DNA of 64,000 nucleotides from Eledone cirrhosa. Taxonomy: Eukaryota. Where the stretch lies: contig OZ024740.1 in assembly GCA_964016885.1 (NCBI GenBank), positions 106,702,001-106,766,000 of the forward strand, written 5' to 3'. The translations under genes were made by a program, and so were the position numbers. The number at the start of each line of letters is the position of its first letter. The first letter of the stretch is position 1. Below the pieces are notes generated by a model that was not told the origin of the DNA, ran no database searches, and saw nothing but the letters and a program-made list of their open reading frames with translations. This document shows, piece by piece, positions 1 through 14,852 of this stretch.

Positions 1-120
1 CTATATCACAACTCCATATATTACCTATATCACACCTCCATATATTACCTATATCACACCTCCATATAGTATCTATATCACACCTCCATATATTACTTAT
101 ATCACAACTCCATATATTAG
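1..120. repeat. 24-bp minisatellite (CTATATCACACCTCCATATATTAC) x5, truncated by window start
   Basis: Units start at 1, 25, 49, 73 and 97 with few substitutions. Confidence 0.9.
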
Positions 121-329
121 TGGCTAGTTATAACCTGTTTATCCAGATATTGAAACTGGCCAGGAACTTTACTTTATACAGTAAAGAAATGACATTAAGG
201 ATTGCGATTAACCACAATTTTATGATATTAAATCTGGAGAAATCATAAACATATGGATTCTGAAAACTGTCACTACAGCACCTAAGAATACACAATTTCT
301 TTTTTTTTTACCTGTAAAGTCTGTCTCGA

Positions 330-566
330 GCCCAGAAGCTCCTGAGGCCGGTGCTTAACAAGGTTTCAGTGGCGTTAAGCGACTGAGAGTATATGACTCT
401 CCGCTGGACAGGACACCAGTCCATCGCAAGGTTAAACCACCAGCTACTGCTGATATTCGTTTTCATTTGAGTATACTGGAGCTACGTGAAATGAAGTGTT
501 TTGCTCAAGAACACAACATACAACCCAGTCCAGGAATCGAACCCACGACATTATGATCGTAAGTCT
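330..566 (-). mobile_element. tRNA-derived CORE-type SINE remnant
   Basis: Minus strand reads B-box GGTTCGATTCC followed by CORE-like GTTGTGTTCTTGAGCAAAACACTT. The same motifs recur at 16430, 50972, 60085 and 62497. Confidence 0.6.
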
Positions 567-1057
567 ATAATGTCGAGATAAGAAAGAGATTGAGGGGATG
601 GCTTCCAATTGTTGGGCATACTAGATAATATGGATTATGAACAAGGCATGATTCCTACTCATCTGTTTCTATTGACCTCAGAACTCATGTTCAGCAGCAG
701 AGAACGTTGTAAATGTGGAATATATTTTCCGAGTAATTGTTGATAGAAACATCATAAATTAAAATACCGATTTTAGGTTATGGGGAAACTGAAAAGAATG
801 AATGTAACAGCAAAGAGAAATACTCTTGAAAGGTAAAAGAAAGATACAAGTATGAGTGCTGAAAGATTTGCAAATACGAAGACTAGGTGTATAATTCAAG
901 TTATAGAAGATATATAAACAAAGTATACAGATCGACAGTTAGGGTTAACTGAAAGAATAAGAGATACATTGAGAGGGGAAAGATAAAAGAAGTGTGAAAG
1001 AAAAGAAAACAGAATAAAAGAAAGAAGCGAGTAAGTGAAGATGTGTATATATAAAGG

Positions 1058-1156
1058 CGTGGGTGTGTGAGTGGGTGGGTGTGTGGGTGGGCGTGGGTGT
1101 GGGTGTGGGGTGGGTGTGTGGGTGTGTGGGTGTAGGTGTGTGTGGGTGTGTGGGTG

Positions 1157-1187
<31 letters not shown>

Positions 1188-1345
1188 TGTGTGTGTGTGT
1201 GTGCGTGCATACACAGAGCACGTTCGCCTGAATTGAAATGTTGAGAGAAATAAAAAATACATAAGAAAAAAAGAAAGAAAGAAAGAATGAAAGAAAGAAA
1301 GAAAGAAAGGAAGGAAGGAAGCAAGAAAGAAAAAAGAAAGAAAGC
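1058..1345. repeat. (GT)n/(GGTGT)n and (GAAA)n microsatellites
   Basis: Directly visible; they account for the low-complexity ORFs at 896-1324. Confidence 0.9.
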
Positions 1346-1636
1346 TATAATGGGTGGGCGTTTAAGAAACGAGTAAAAACCAAATATGTATTTAGAAGAA
1401 AAAATAAAGACAATTTATAAAAATATAGTGAAAAATCGACTTTGTCCTATGAATAAACATTTATTAGATGTGAGTAGATAGGAAAAGTACCCCTCCTCCC
1501 AGCCCTTTCTTTGGATCTTTCACTTTCTGCTTCATATCCAGCTTTTAAAATCAATCATTCTTTTGGAATTTCTACAGAAATCTCGATATTCTCTCACACA
1601 TACACGCAGAGACAAATAAACTTTCATACACTGAAA

Positions 1637-2788
<1,152 letters not shown>

Positions 2789-2806
2789 CATACATACATA
2801 CATACA

Positions 2807-2945
2807 TGGTGGCTGCGAACTCGTTTTCGAGTACGGCCACTACTTTATATCCATGTAGGAGAACCCCTACCGATGCGCTGAACAAGTGTGACTTTTCAGT
2901 CCAGCCAGCGACTTGAAAACTCTGGTACAAACACTAAACTTGTGA
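2807..2945 (-). mobile_element. 3' tip of a related zinc-finger RTE subfamily
   Basis: VCTRVFKSLAGLKSH finger, then 3' end GGCCGTACTCGAAAACGAG resembling GGCCATACTCGATAACGAG at 1637-1680. Confidence 0.6.
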
Positions 2946-2999
2946 TAATTATTGACACTACCACAAAAACATACGAAATAAGTGAGGGTACCCTTGAGA

Positions 3000-5058
3000 C
3001 TGTGATAGGAAAACTCCAAGATTAGAAAACACCAGGAAGAGACATGATTGTCGGCTACTGGTACAAAAAACTGATATTCTATCGAAGGTATCATACTGAC
3101 CTCTACCAACAAGTTCTTAATGGAGACAAACTTATACCAGAATGGTTGATATTAGCACAAACATTACTGGTCTCCAAGAACAAAGACACCCACTTGGCCA
3201 AAAATACCGACCCATTGCATGCCAGAACCTGATGTATAAGATGTATACAGCCTGCCTCAACCTATTCCTCCAAGATCACTGTGAAAATTATAACATCATC
3301 ACAGATGAACAAGCAGCTGGAAAGAAAGGGGTTTGGGGATGTGCTGAACAACTCCTAATCAACAAAACTGCGATGTCGGAGGTGCGACAACTTAGAAGGA
3401 ATATGGCTACAGTCTGGCTGGACTACAGGAAAGCTTTCGATTCTGTTCCTCACTCTTGGATGATAGAGGCCCTCCAACTTGCTAAAGTCCCAGACATTAT
3501 TGTCAGAGCCATAGAGAGGCTGTCTTCTTCTTGGGCTACTATCCTAAGGTTAAAGACAGAGAGGGAGGACTCTATTTTCACTGATAAAATAAAATATTGC
3601 AGGGGTATATTTCAGGGGGACAGTCTCTCTGTGATATTATTCATCTTGTCATTAAACCCCTTGTCCTTTCTGCTCAAGAAATGTGAGGGATACATCATCG
3701 GCTCACAGGAGGACAGAAATACGAACCTAACCCATAATTTCTTTGTGGATGATCTGAAACTCTATGCCAAGAACATGGATGGGATGAAGAAAAATCTTGA
3801 CCTGGTTACAACGTTCTCAAAGGATATAGGAATGGAGTTTGGCCAAGATAAATGCTCATACATGACTGTAAAGCGGGGAAAAACAACAACCCAATCTAGC
3901 AACATTGTCATCAATGGCCTAACTGTTCCACCGATATCTGATGAGGACTGCTACAGATACCTGGGGATAGATGAGAACATATCCTATAATGGTGTCTGTA
4001 ATAAAGAACGCGTAACCGGGGAATACTACACCCGATTAAGAAAGATCTAGTCATCGGAACTCTCGGCGCAAAGTGGCTCACAATGTGTTTGCTGTGTCTG
4101 TCCTAACACCAACGTTTGGAATACTCAATTGGACGATAGACGAAATCTGAGCAGTTGATGTTGGAACTCGAAAAATACTAAACAACACCGGAAACTTCCA
4201 CATCCAGAGTGACATAGACCCCCTTTACTTGAAACGTAAGCAGGGAGGCAGAGGCCTAACATCAGTCCAGACAACATTTGAATGTCGCATCATATCTCTC
4301 CGACAACATCTACGAACCTCGAAGTGTAGGAGCCCGTCTCTCGAGCAAGTCTATCTGCATGAAACAGATAAGATCGTGAGAGTTGGGAAGGAACTCCTCG
4401 AGAGATATTCCCTGTGTGATAATCAAAAACTCACACCCAGGGAAGTCGCTCAGCAGTATCGCAGTGAATCCATGGATGAAAAACTGCATACTTAGCAAAA
4501 AATCATGCATTGATATATTGCCAGGAAGCTCCAGAGTGAGAGTAATATAGATAAGGAAAGTAGTCTATCTTGGACCAACAACCGCTATATTGGCTCCCAT
4601 TTTGAAGGATACGCTTTTGCAATCCAAGAACAGGAGATTACCACGAAATACCTGATTCACAAAAGAGATAGGGATGCAGACAAAACACCTAGATGTGATA
4701 ACAAGTGCAGACTCTGCAGAACTAACATCGAGGATATCACCCATGTCATCAGCAGCTGTCCAAAGATGTCATCGCGGTACTATCTACCTATGAGGCATGA
4801 TGTAGTGGCTAAAGCACTGTACAATGCAGTTCGTAAAAAAGATAGCCCCGATAATAAACACATTAAAAGCTACAGCAATGTGGAACACATCCATGTACAT
4901 AATATGTATATGGGTATGTTAGTAACTGCCTCAATACAAATCTTGAGAAGCTAGGCTTCACAGGAACAGAAAGAACACAACTAGTTAGGAAATTACATTT
5001 TCAATCCATTAATGGAACAGTAAAAATATGTAAAACATTCCAAAAATTTTGCATCTAA
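3000..5058 (+). mobile_element. Degenerate R4/Dong-type (RLE endonuclease) non-LTR retrotransposon
   Basis: RT motifs WLDYRKAFDSVPHSW, GIFQGDSLS and FFVDDLKLY; C-terminal CRLC..E...H...C and YxxRHD motifs; several stops and frameshifts. Confidence 0.85.
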
Positions 5059-5283
5059 TAACTGCATATACACATGTACAGATACAAAGCATATACACAT
5101 GCACACACACAACTCAAAACATACACATCCACACATACAATAACATCCTTATTTACATATGCATGCATACATAATCTACCTAGTTGAAGTTGTGTAAATT
5201 CCAATGAGAGAGTTTTGTGTCTATGTTAGAAATCGACTCTCTCTCTATTGGGAAAAAATTTGTGAAATTATAAAACCAGAAGA

Positions 5284-5381
5284 ACATACATACATACATA
5301 CATACATACATACATACATACATACATACATACATACATACATACATACATACATACATACATACATACATACATACATAC
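5284..5381. repeat. (TACA)n microsatellite
   Basis: Directly visible; further (TACA)n tracts at 2788, 6243, 8146, 8450 and 9750. Confidence 0.95.
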
Positions 5382-6075
5382 AGCCTGATATAAATCTCTC
5401 ACCCAGAGAAATCGGAAGATCCTATTCAATGTTCAAACAAGATGAAAAAATTGACCAGTTTACAGAAAAAGTTGTGCATGGATATTTGAGGCGTAAAGCA
5501 CAGACCATAGAGGGGATAAACCACTCAAAAAGCCTGGCATGTAGTTCCGACAAGTTTATGGCATCACACCTTGAGGGATATCTCTATGCAATACAGGAAC
5601 AAGAACTCCCTACCAAATATCTGCTGCACAAAAGAGGAGGGCCAGCAGCTGACAATAAATGTAGGCTATGTAAAACAAAGATCGAGGATGTAAGCCACAC
5701 TGTTGCCAGCTGCGAAAGAATGTCATCTCGCTACTACCTCCCCATGAGACACGATGGGATAGCTAGAACTATCTGGAACGCACTTCAGAAAACAAAATTA
5801 ACAACAAATGAGGAAGAATATATTGAGACAGATGGCACTAAGGAATATTGGTGGAACCTGAAAATAAAAACTGCCACCAAATTAAAGCACAACCGGCCTG
5901 ATATTGTTGTTCGGGACCACACATTGAAAACGTGTTCTGTTGTGGAGATCAGCTGCCCACTTGTGTAAACGTTGTCAGAAAAATACAGGAGGAGGACATC
6001 TACGGACCATTACAAATGGCTGCGATAGCTGACACCTTCAAAATTTGCAATACCTGTGCTTTGAAGGTTTTTTAA
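5382..6075 (+). mobile_element. 3' fragment of a second R4/Dong-type family (CCHC finger plus RLE)
   Basis: CRLCKTKIEDVSHTVASC..YYLPMRHD..HNRPDIVV..VVEISCP; near-identical to the reverse complement of 11280-12085. Confidence 0.85.
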
Positions 6076-6319
6076 GTGGGGAAAGGCTTTGCACTCGACC
6101 AATCCCACTCTCTGAGCATCGAAAACACTAACCGAAAAGGAGAACTTGTCAACATCATCGGATGCTTCCGAAGCCGAAGGTTATTTTTCAGTTTCCCTCT
6201 CTTAGAAAGGTGTTGTGACAATAACTAGGGGACTTTCACTCCCATACATACATTCATACATACATACATACATACATACATACATACATACATACATACA
6301 TACATACATACATACATAC

Positions 6320-6417
6320 ATGATGATGATGGCTGCCCCCTCGTTATCGAGTATGGCCATTGCACAAGAAAAAAAATAAAGAAAAAATTAAATTAAATTA
6401 AATTAAATTTAAAAAAA

Positions 6418-6479
<62 letters not shown>

Positions 6480-6516
6480 TAAAATTTAAAAAAAAAAGAA
6501 AAGAAAAGAAATAAAG

Positions 6517-6551
<35 letters not shown>

Positions 6552-6737
6552 CATACATATATACATACACACATACATACACATACACTCACACATATAT
6601 ACACACATACATTAATAACAATAATAATAATAATAATAATAATAATAGCAATAATAATAATAACGACAACAACAATGATAATATACATATTCATATATAT
6701 ATACACACACACGCACGCACATAAGCATATCTACACA

Positions 6738-6808
<71 letters not shown>

Positions 6809-8097
6809 TAGCAACTAACAGTGCTGCGATCGAATGTGGCTTTTTAGCCCAGCCAATGATCTAAAATGTCTTGCACAGAGTCGGCAACCAAAACATTCAC
6901 TGGGAATAGTCGGCTGTGGTTGGAGTTCGTGTACTTTTGCATGTCGCTTGAGCTCTCCTGCTGATTTACATTCTCTACCACATGTTTGGCAAGCATGATG
7001 AGTAGCATCTCCAACAGCAGCCTGGTAGTCAACCACTGGTCTTACTTTATGACTGCGAAGATGACTTTCGAGTCCAGCTTTGCTTAGGCAGAGTCTCGCA
7101 CAGACGCTGCATGTCAGAACCATAGGAGGACCCTCGCTGTCTGGAAGTGCAACAGCAATGCCCTTCCTCAAGTCCCGCTTTACTTTCTCGTGTGCGATTC
7201 GAGATGCCTCAAAGGCAACTTTTCCCTCATATACAGTCTTTCTCCATTTATTACGATCATCAGCAATATTTTCCCATGTATCAGCAGAGATGTTAGCGTC
7301 TTTCAGAGAGGCTTTCAAGGAATCCTTATACCTCTTTTTTGGTTTATGTGGCGGTCGTTTTCCTTTACCAACTCTCCATAGAAGAGTTGTTTTGGTATTC
7401 TAGAATCCTTCATCCTGGCAAGGTGACCACTCCAACGGAGTCGTTGCTTAAGCACAAGAGCTTCTATACTGTCACACATAGAGCTTTCCAAAATCTCGAC
7501 ATCACTGATGTGGTCCCTCCAGTGAACGCCATGGATCCGTCTGAGACACACCTGATGGAAACGCTCCAATTGCTTAAGGTGGCGTCGATATGTGACCCAG
7601 GTCTCGCAGGCATAAAGAAGACAAGAGAGTACACATGCCCTGTACACCTTTACCTTTGTCCTCCTGCATATGTCTCGCCGACCCCAGAGTCGCCTTTCTA
7701 GCTTTCCGAAAGCATCACTTGCTTTCCTAATCCTAAGTGAGATTTCACTGTCAAGGTTGCCGTATCGATTGACAGTGCTTCCCAGGTAGACAAACTGATC
7801 AACCACTCCAAGTCGTTTGCCATACACATAGATGTTTGGTTCAGTGTACTGCTTACTAGGGGCAGGTTGGTACATGACGACGGTTTTCTTGAGACTGACA
7901 GTCAAACCCAGGGCAGTGCAAGCGTCAGAAAATACATTCAAAATGTGCTGCATATCACTCTCTGTGTGCGCTACAAGATCGCAATCATCTGCATACAAGA
8001 GGTCTCTTATGACTAATGTAAATACTTTTGTCTTCGCAGCAAAGCGCCTGATGTTAAATATGCTGCCTGAGGTTCGATATCGGATGTAAACACCATG
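6320..8097 (-). mobile_element. 5'-truncated RTE-clade LINE with C-terminal C2H2 zinc fingers (longer copy)
   Basis: GVYIRYRTSGSIFNIRRF..LLYADDC..FVYLGS RT motifs, RLRWSGHL and three C2H2 fingers; frameshift near 7360. Confidence 0.9.
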
Positions 8098-8231
8098 CTC
8101 GCAATTCCTGCACGCTGTCTTTTCGTGGGGTAAGTTTTTAATTAACATACATACATACATACATACATACATACATACATACATACATACATACATACAT
8201 ACATACATACATACATACATACATACATACA

Positions 8232-8450
8232 CAACCCGCTTGGACCAAAGTATGACTGAACTTGGATTTGCGGACAAAAAGCGCAGCTCCCTAATTCATA
8301 GTCTACAAATGGCTGCGATAGCTGGCACCTTCAAAATTTGCAAAACATTCTTGCGATTCAAGGGATGACAATTTCTTTTCTTTTACAACCTTGCCACCAG
8401 GAAGGTGGCCGGTCAAAAAAAATATACTCGAAATTAAGAGAAAGAGATAA
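8232..8450 (+). mobile_element. 3' terminus of R4/Dong-type element
   Basis: Matches the reverse complement of 11160-11370; flanked by (TACA)n on both sides. Confidence 0.8.
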
Positions 8451-8466
8451 CATACATACATACATA

Positions 8467-9749
8467 CGACGGGTTGCTGAAAAGTTCCTGGCTTTGGGTA
8501 AAAGAAAATTCAGAAAGATCAGTTAATTATGGTTTTATTCAACATATTCCCCTCTCAGATTCACACTCTTATTGCAGCGGTTCTTCGATTTTTCTAAGCC
8601 CTATAAAAAGAACCTGGAAGGTTGGGCCTCCGACCAAACCTCTGTAGCAGCGATCACTTCCGAGTCGGAGTGAAATTTCGTTCCCTTGTGATGTTTCTTC
8701 AGTTGCGGAAAGAGGTGATAGTCGGAGGGGAAAAAGTCAGTAGAGTAAGGTGGGTTTTGTACCAAATCGAAGCCAAAGTCGTGTATTTTCCGTAGAGTTT
8801 CATATGCTGTGTGTGCTGGTGCATTGGCCTGCAAAAACAGAACACCATGGCTCAGCTTTCCACGGTGTTTCTGATTCTAAGCTTCATGCAGTTCATCTAA
8901 CAGAGGCATGTAGTATCCTGCGTTGATGGTGCGACCCTTTGGCTGTTTTTATGAGGAATATTCCGTCTTTGTTCTAGAATGCCAGAATCTTTCCAGCTGA
9001 CTTCTGAGTCCGAAACCTCTTGGGACGCGGTGAACCATTTTGTCACCACTCCATTGAGTGCTGCTTGGTCTGGGGATCATAATAATGAAGCCAAATTGCA
9101 TCCATGCTGACTAAAGGAGCCATCAAATCAGCCTATTTTGCTGCAAACATGTCCAAAATCGCCTTTGATGTTACCACTCTGATGCACTTATAATCTGCGT
9201 TCAAGCATTTCGGTACCCATGCTGCGGAAAGCTCTCTCATGTCCAGAATGTTGTGGATGATGTGGCCAACTCTTTCGCGGGAAATCCCCATAGCCTTAGC
9301 TATGATTTTAAATTAAATCCGGCATTCCTCAAGAATCATGATGTGCACAGTATTGGGTTTGTCCTCTGTGGTCGCGGAAGTTGACCGTCTTGACCGGGGT
9401 TCATTTGTGACCTCGAAATGACCAGTTCGAAATCTTGAAACCCAGAGTTTTACAATGGAGTAAGAGGGCAGCCATCCTTCAAGACTTCTTCCATCTTACC
9501 GTGGATTTCCACCGCTCCTTTGCTTTGCAATAAGAGGAACTTCATGACCACACATGCTTCAATTTTACCAAAGTCCAACATAGTAGCTGCCATCATGCAT
9601 TAAATCTCAAAAAAGAGATATATATATTGTATATGATCTTGATTTTTTGCATATCTTCTCCTAAATAGTTGTCCGATCTCCCCTGTAAAAGTAATAGCTC
9701 TACCCTTTCAGGATACCCTTAAAGCCAGGAACTTTCCAACAACCCCTCA
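8467..9749 (-). mobile_element. Full-length but decayed mariner (Tc1/mariner) transposon, about 1.28 kb
   Basis: Imperfect ~30-bp TIRs (CGACGGGTTGCTGAAAAGTTCCTGGCTTT / AAAGCCAGGAACTTTCCAACAACCCCTCA) with flanking TA. Transposase remnant NAPAH..PPYSTDFFPSDYHLFPQLK matches the YSPDLAPSDY motif. Confidence 0.9.
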
Positions 9750-10045
9750 TACATACATATATACATATCTTGTAAAAAGCAGTTCATTGTGTTTCAGCCA
9801 CACACTTTGTTTCACGTTGCTTCAGTCCAATCAGTTGATAAAAAGGGCCAACTTTGTCACACATTGTATCATGTTGAATCTCCCGAGAAATATGTTGAAA
9901 GTACATGTGTCTGTGAAATGCTCAGTCACTAACACGTCAATTTCAAGAGCAGGCTATTTCGTTGTTCAAACAAGAAGTGGGCTCTGGAAACTGATCAGTG
10001 ATCAGGCGAACAACAAGCTGAGACAGCAACACTCTCATACGCATA

Positions 10046-10121
10046 AAGAAGAAGAAGAAGAAGAAGAAGAAGAAGAAGAAGAAGAAGAAGAAGAAGAAGA
10101 AGAAGAAGAAGAAGAAGAAGA
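10046..10121. repeat. (GAA)n trinucleotide microsatellite
   Basis: Directly visible. Confidence 0.95.
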
Positions 10122-10309
10122 TCAGTTGTCTTACCCATATTCTTTTTTTCTTTTTTGTTGTACCCGTAACTCTCGAGAGGAGTCGTAGGGACATACAGCG
10201 TGTGTTGGTCAATGTTAAACCTTGCGGAGCCCATCTCCTCCCTATGTCTGAATAGAGCCGATTTCTCCCAGAGACATAGAGAGGAAGTAAGAAAGAGATA
10301 GAGGAAAAA

Positions 10310-10465
10310 TCGACCCCAATACTAGACTGGTACTTTTATATTGACCTCGAAAGGATGAAAGGCAAAGTTGACCTCGACACGATTTGAACTCAGAGCAGAG
10401 AGCCGGAACGAATACTGCAAATCATTCTATCAGACGTTGTAACGACTCTGCCAAATGATCGCCTT
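10310..10465 (-). mobile_element. Second SINE family remnant (TGAGTTCAAATC..AACTTTGCCTTTCATCCTT..GTCGAT..AAAGTACCAGT)
   Basis: The same core recurs at about 15300-15490(-), 17226-17470, 19630-19850, 51990-52130, 56105-56370 and 59700-59860. Confidence 0.6.
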
Positions 10466-10745
10466 ACCTATACACTACTTCGCGTAAATAATTCGTACAC
10501 ATGGCAACAGTAGTCGTACTAAAAACACATTTGAACATGAATAACAGCAAAATAAAATAATCTATGTAGCAACTACAAGTCATGAAAGAAAACGGATATT
10601 TCCTCAAAGCTTAACATATAGATTCATTTTAAATGGAGGAAACAATGTAAAACGAAAATATAGAGAAAAAGGATAAAAAAGTGAAGAAAAGCGTGAAACT
10701 AATAAGACATTGTGTTATTGCATCTCTGTGTTTATCTTAGTATCC

Positions 10746-10922
<177 letters not shown>

Positions 10923-11154
10923 TATTTGAAAATATGTGAGCCACAGTACAGACTACTATAAATGAACTGAGACACCTCATGGCATCTCTGTCCATTTTTC
11001 CGTCAGCTATTATATATGATTATCAATTATTACCTATAGTTATCTGCATTGTGGCTAACATATTTTCAAATTCCTCGATGCTTATTAAACTAACCATATA
11101 TGTATATATATATATATATAAATATGTGTGTGTTTCCGTTTGGAGTATGTATAT

Positions 11155-13879
11155 TTTCTCTTTCTCTTAATTTCGAGTATATTGTTTTGACCGGCCACCT
11201 TCCTGGTGGCAAGGTTGTAAAAGAAAAGAAATTGTCATCCCTTGAATCGCAAGAATGTTTTGCAAATTTTGAAGGTGCCAGCTATCGCAGCCATTTGTAG
11301 ACTATGAATTAGGGAGCTGCGCTTTTTGTCCGCAAATCTAAGTTCAGTCATACTTTGGTCCAAGCGGGTTGGTATATAACCCGTAGCTCCAATAATGATG
11401 GGTATGAAGCTAAAGGTGTATCTTGGATACTGGATTTGTAAACTCCTCATCAATGGTCCGTAGATGTCCTCCTTCTCCTGTATTTTTCTGACAACGTTTA
11501 CATCAAGTGGGCAGCTGATCTCCACAACAGAACACGTTTTCAATGTGTGGTCCCGAACAACAATATCAGGCCGGTTGTGCTTTAATTTGGTGGCAGTTTT
11601 TATTTTCAGGTTCCACCAGTATTCCTTAGTGCCATCTGTCTCAATATATTCTTCCTCGTTTGTTGTTAATTTTGTTTTCCCAAGTGCGTTCCAGATGGTT
11701 CTAGCTATCCCATCGTGTCTCATGGGGAGGTAGTAGCGAGATGACATTCTTTAGCAGCTGGCAACAGTGTGGCTTACATCCTCGATCTTTGTTTTACATA
11801 GCCTACATTTATTGTCAGCTGCTGGCCCTCCTCTTTTGTGCAGCAGATATTTGGTAGGGAGTTCTTGTTCCTGTATTGCATAGAGATATCCCTCAAGGTG
11901 TGATGTCATAAATTTGTCGGAACTCCATGCCAGGCTTTTTGAGTGGTTTATCCCCTCTATGGTCTGTGTTTTACGCCTCAAGTATCCATGCACAACTTTT
12001 TCTGTAAATTGGTCAATTTTTTTATCTTGTTTGAACATTGAATAGGATCTTCCGATTTCTCTGGGTGAGAGATTTATATCAGGCTTTATTCCATATCTCT
12101 CCTCCAGATCAGTTGGTATTCTAATGATTTTTTTTTTTCATGCTCATAAACCTGGGCAAGATGGTTGCCAACCTTTTTCCTCTGTTGAAGGTGTTGCTTC
12201 AGTGTTACTATCCGGGTCTCATATGTTGTTAATATTGATTTTAGACCCCGGCCACCTTCCTTGCGTGAGAAGTATAGCCTATCCACATCACCATTGATGT
12301 TAAAGTTCCCAGTAACACTGAGAAGTTTTCGAGTTCTAACATCCATCTCACTTAGTTCTTGTAATGACCAGTTCAGCAGGCCAAATGTTGGCGTTAGAAT
12401 TGGCACAGCATAAGTATTGTGGGCAATGTATTTGTTGTATGCTGACAGTTCTGATGACCATATTTTCTTTACTCTTCTGAGGTATTCAGTTCTGGCTCTC
12501 TCCTTATTTATGGGTCCATCATATCTGACATTCTCATCCTGTCCAAGATATCTGTAGTTGTCACCTGACTGCAGATGTTGTATTGTCAGGCCGTTCATCT
12601 CTAGATTTCTAGAGGAGGGCACAGCTCTTCCACGTTTTACTGCCAAATATGAACACTTGTACTCACCAAATTTCATTTTGATGTCGGTTGAAAATTGTGT
12701 AATGAGGTCCAATTGTTTCTTGATGTCATTGATATTTGGCCCTACAACTTCAGGTCATCAACAAAGAAAAGATGGGAGATACTTCTGGGCCCACTTCTTT
12801 GTCCACCTTGTTTCCTGAGTAGGTAAGATAGTGGATTTAGTGAGAGAACGAAGAGTAGTACTGACAAGCTATCTCCCTGAAAGATGCCCTTCTGGTAATG
12901 TATCTTATCAGTCTTAACCTGCTCCTTCTCACCTCTGAGGATCAAATTTGTGTACCAGTTCTTGGTCAGGCGTTCAACAGCAGCTACCAATGGTTGTGGG
13001 ACTTTAGCTAACTGTAAAGCTTAATAATCCACCCATGAGGTACACTATCAAATGCTTTTTGATAGTCCAGCCACACCACAGTCATGTTTCTGCGATTCTT
13101 TGTTGTTTTTTCCTGAATCATTTTGTTAGTTAGTCGGTGATCTATGCAACCCCACACCTCCCTCTTTCCACCAGCTTGCTCGGGTGTTATGATGTTGTTG
13201 GTAGCACAGTGATCCTGTAAGAACAAGTTAAGGCACCCAGTATATCATTTATACATGATGTTTTGACAGGCAATTGGGCGGTAATTTTTAGCAAGGGTGG
13301 TTTGGCTATTTTGGGGAATGAGGAGAGTAGTGGCAGTTGATAACCATCTGGGCAGTTCTTGTGTGCCCTTAATGGTTTCTGTAAACAACCGTATGAGATC
13401 TTACCGATAGAAAGTGAAATTCTTCAACCAGTATCCTGTAATGAGGTCTGGGCCTGGCGATTTCCTATTCGACATTTTCTGTAGAGCTGTTTCCAGTATT
13501 GACCCATCTATGTCATATTGTTTTGTCTGGACATGTTGGCAGTAGTCCTGTTCCAGTTCTTTTAGCTTGTCTGTTGAATCCGTCATCCGTTTCACATACA
13601 GATCTCCAGTAGCTCTCAACCTGTTCTTTTGAAGGGGTGTCGTTTACAGGGATTGAGCTTTTGCCACCGAAGAGGCGATAAACTGATTTAGGATCTCTGG
13701 CAAACAATCTATTTAGCACTTGTCGTTTATGTGCTGTTGACTTATATTTTAGTCTTTCTGTTGTAGCTGTGAGTTGTTGTTTCAACTGGTGTAATTTGGA
13801 GTTCAAAGTTTTAAATTTTGTATCTCCAAATCGTCTCTCTAACTTTTTCTTTAGGTCTTCCTGGTGTCGTGTGAAGTTG

Positions 13880-13880
<1 letters not shown>
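11155..13880 (-). mobile_element. R4/Dong-type RLE non-LTR retrotransposon, about 2.7 kb, disrupted ORF
   Basis: KSPGPDLITGYWLK, WLDYQKAFDSVPHGW, GIFQGDSLS, FFVDDLKL, YRYLG, CRLC..HTVASC..RHD and HNRPD..VEISCP occur in order on the minus strand. Confidence 0.9.
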
Positions 13881-13960
<80 letters not shown>

Positions 13961-13996
13961 AAAGAATAGAGGTGTAACACACAAGTTATTATATAT

Positions 13997-14362
13997 TGGT
14001 AAACGGAATAGAAAATGCTGACAAATTGTTCACAGTTGAAAAATAGTTTAATTAGGAATAAAAGAGTATTAGTAATTGTATGGGTTAGTATTCAGTTGTG
14101 GTTTTTAAGTTTTTACCGGTTGCGCATTTCTAAATGGTTTTCAAAAATAATTTTGAGATAGAGTGTCCGTGTTGTTTGCTCAAACAACACGGACACTCTA
14201 TCTCAAAATTATTTTTGAAAAGCATTTAGAAATGCGCAACCGGTAAAAACTTAAAAACCACAACTGAATACTAACCCATACAATTACTAATACTCTTTTA
14301 TTCCTAATTAAACTATTTTTCAACTGTGAACAATTTGTCAGCATTTTCTATTCCGTTTACCA
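13997..14362. repeat. 366-bp near-perfect palindrome (2-nt loop at 14179-14180) between (TA)n tracts; fold-back Penelope-like mini-element
   Basis: The arms are reverse complements with one mismatch that I could see. Each arm contains a hammerhead-like motif. Confidence 0.85.
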
Positions 14363-14424
<62 letters not shown>

Positions 14425-14495
14425 AAAAAGGGATGAAATCGAAAATGCAACTGAAGTCTTATTTTTTTTTTAAATATATATATATTTATTTGGTT

Positions 14496-14533
14496 CCTTT
14501 ACCGGTTTCGCAGTTCTTCTGCTTTTCAAAAGG
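14496..14533 (-). ncRNA. Variant minimal type-I hammerhead ribozyme (U3-A8)
   Basis: Minus strand reads CCTT TTGAAAA GCAG-aagaa-CTGC GAAA CCGG TA AAGG. Confidence 0.6.
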
Positions 14534-14569
14534 TGAGTTGAGATGGAGGGTCTGTGGTTTTTCTCACAT

Positions 14570-14719
14570 ATATTGTTATACTTTGGGAGGGTCATGTTGC
14601 CAATAAGAAACACACGCACCAGTTGCTTTCACTTCAATTTATTATAATAAATTGAAGTGAAAGCAACTGGTGCGTGTGTTTCTTATTGGCAACATGACCC
14701 TCCCAAAGTATAACAATAT
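14570..14719. repeat. 150-bp perfect palindrome (centre 14644/14645)
   Basis: ATATTGTTATACTTTGGGAGGG...AATTTATTA|TAATAAATT...CCCTCCCAAAGTATAACAATAT. Confidence 0.9.
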
Positions 14720-14773
14720 CGGTTTCAACACACGATTTCAGATAAAGAATCTTGCTAAACAAATTCAGAAACG

Positions 14774-14852
<79 letters not shown>

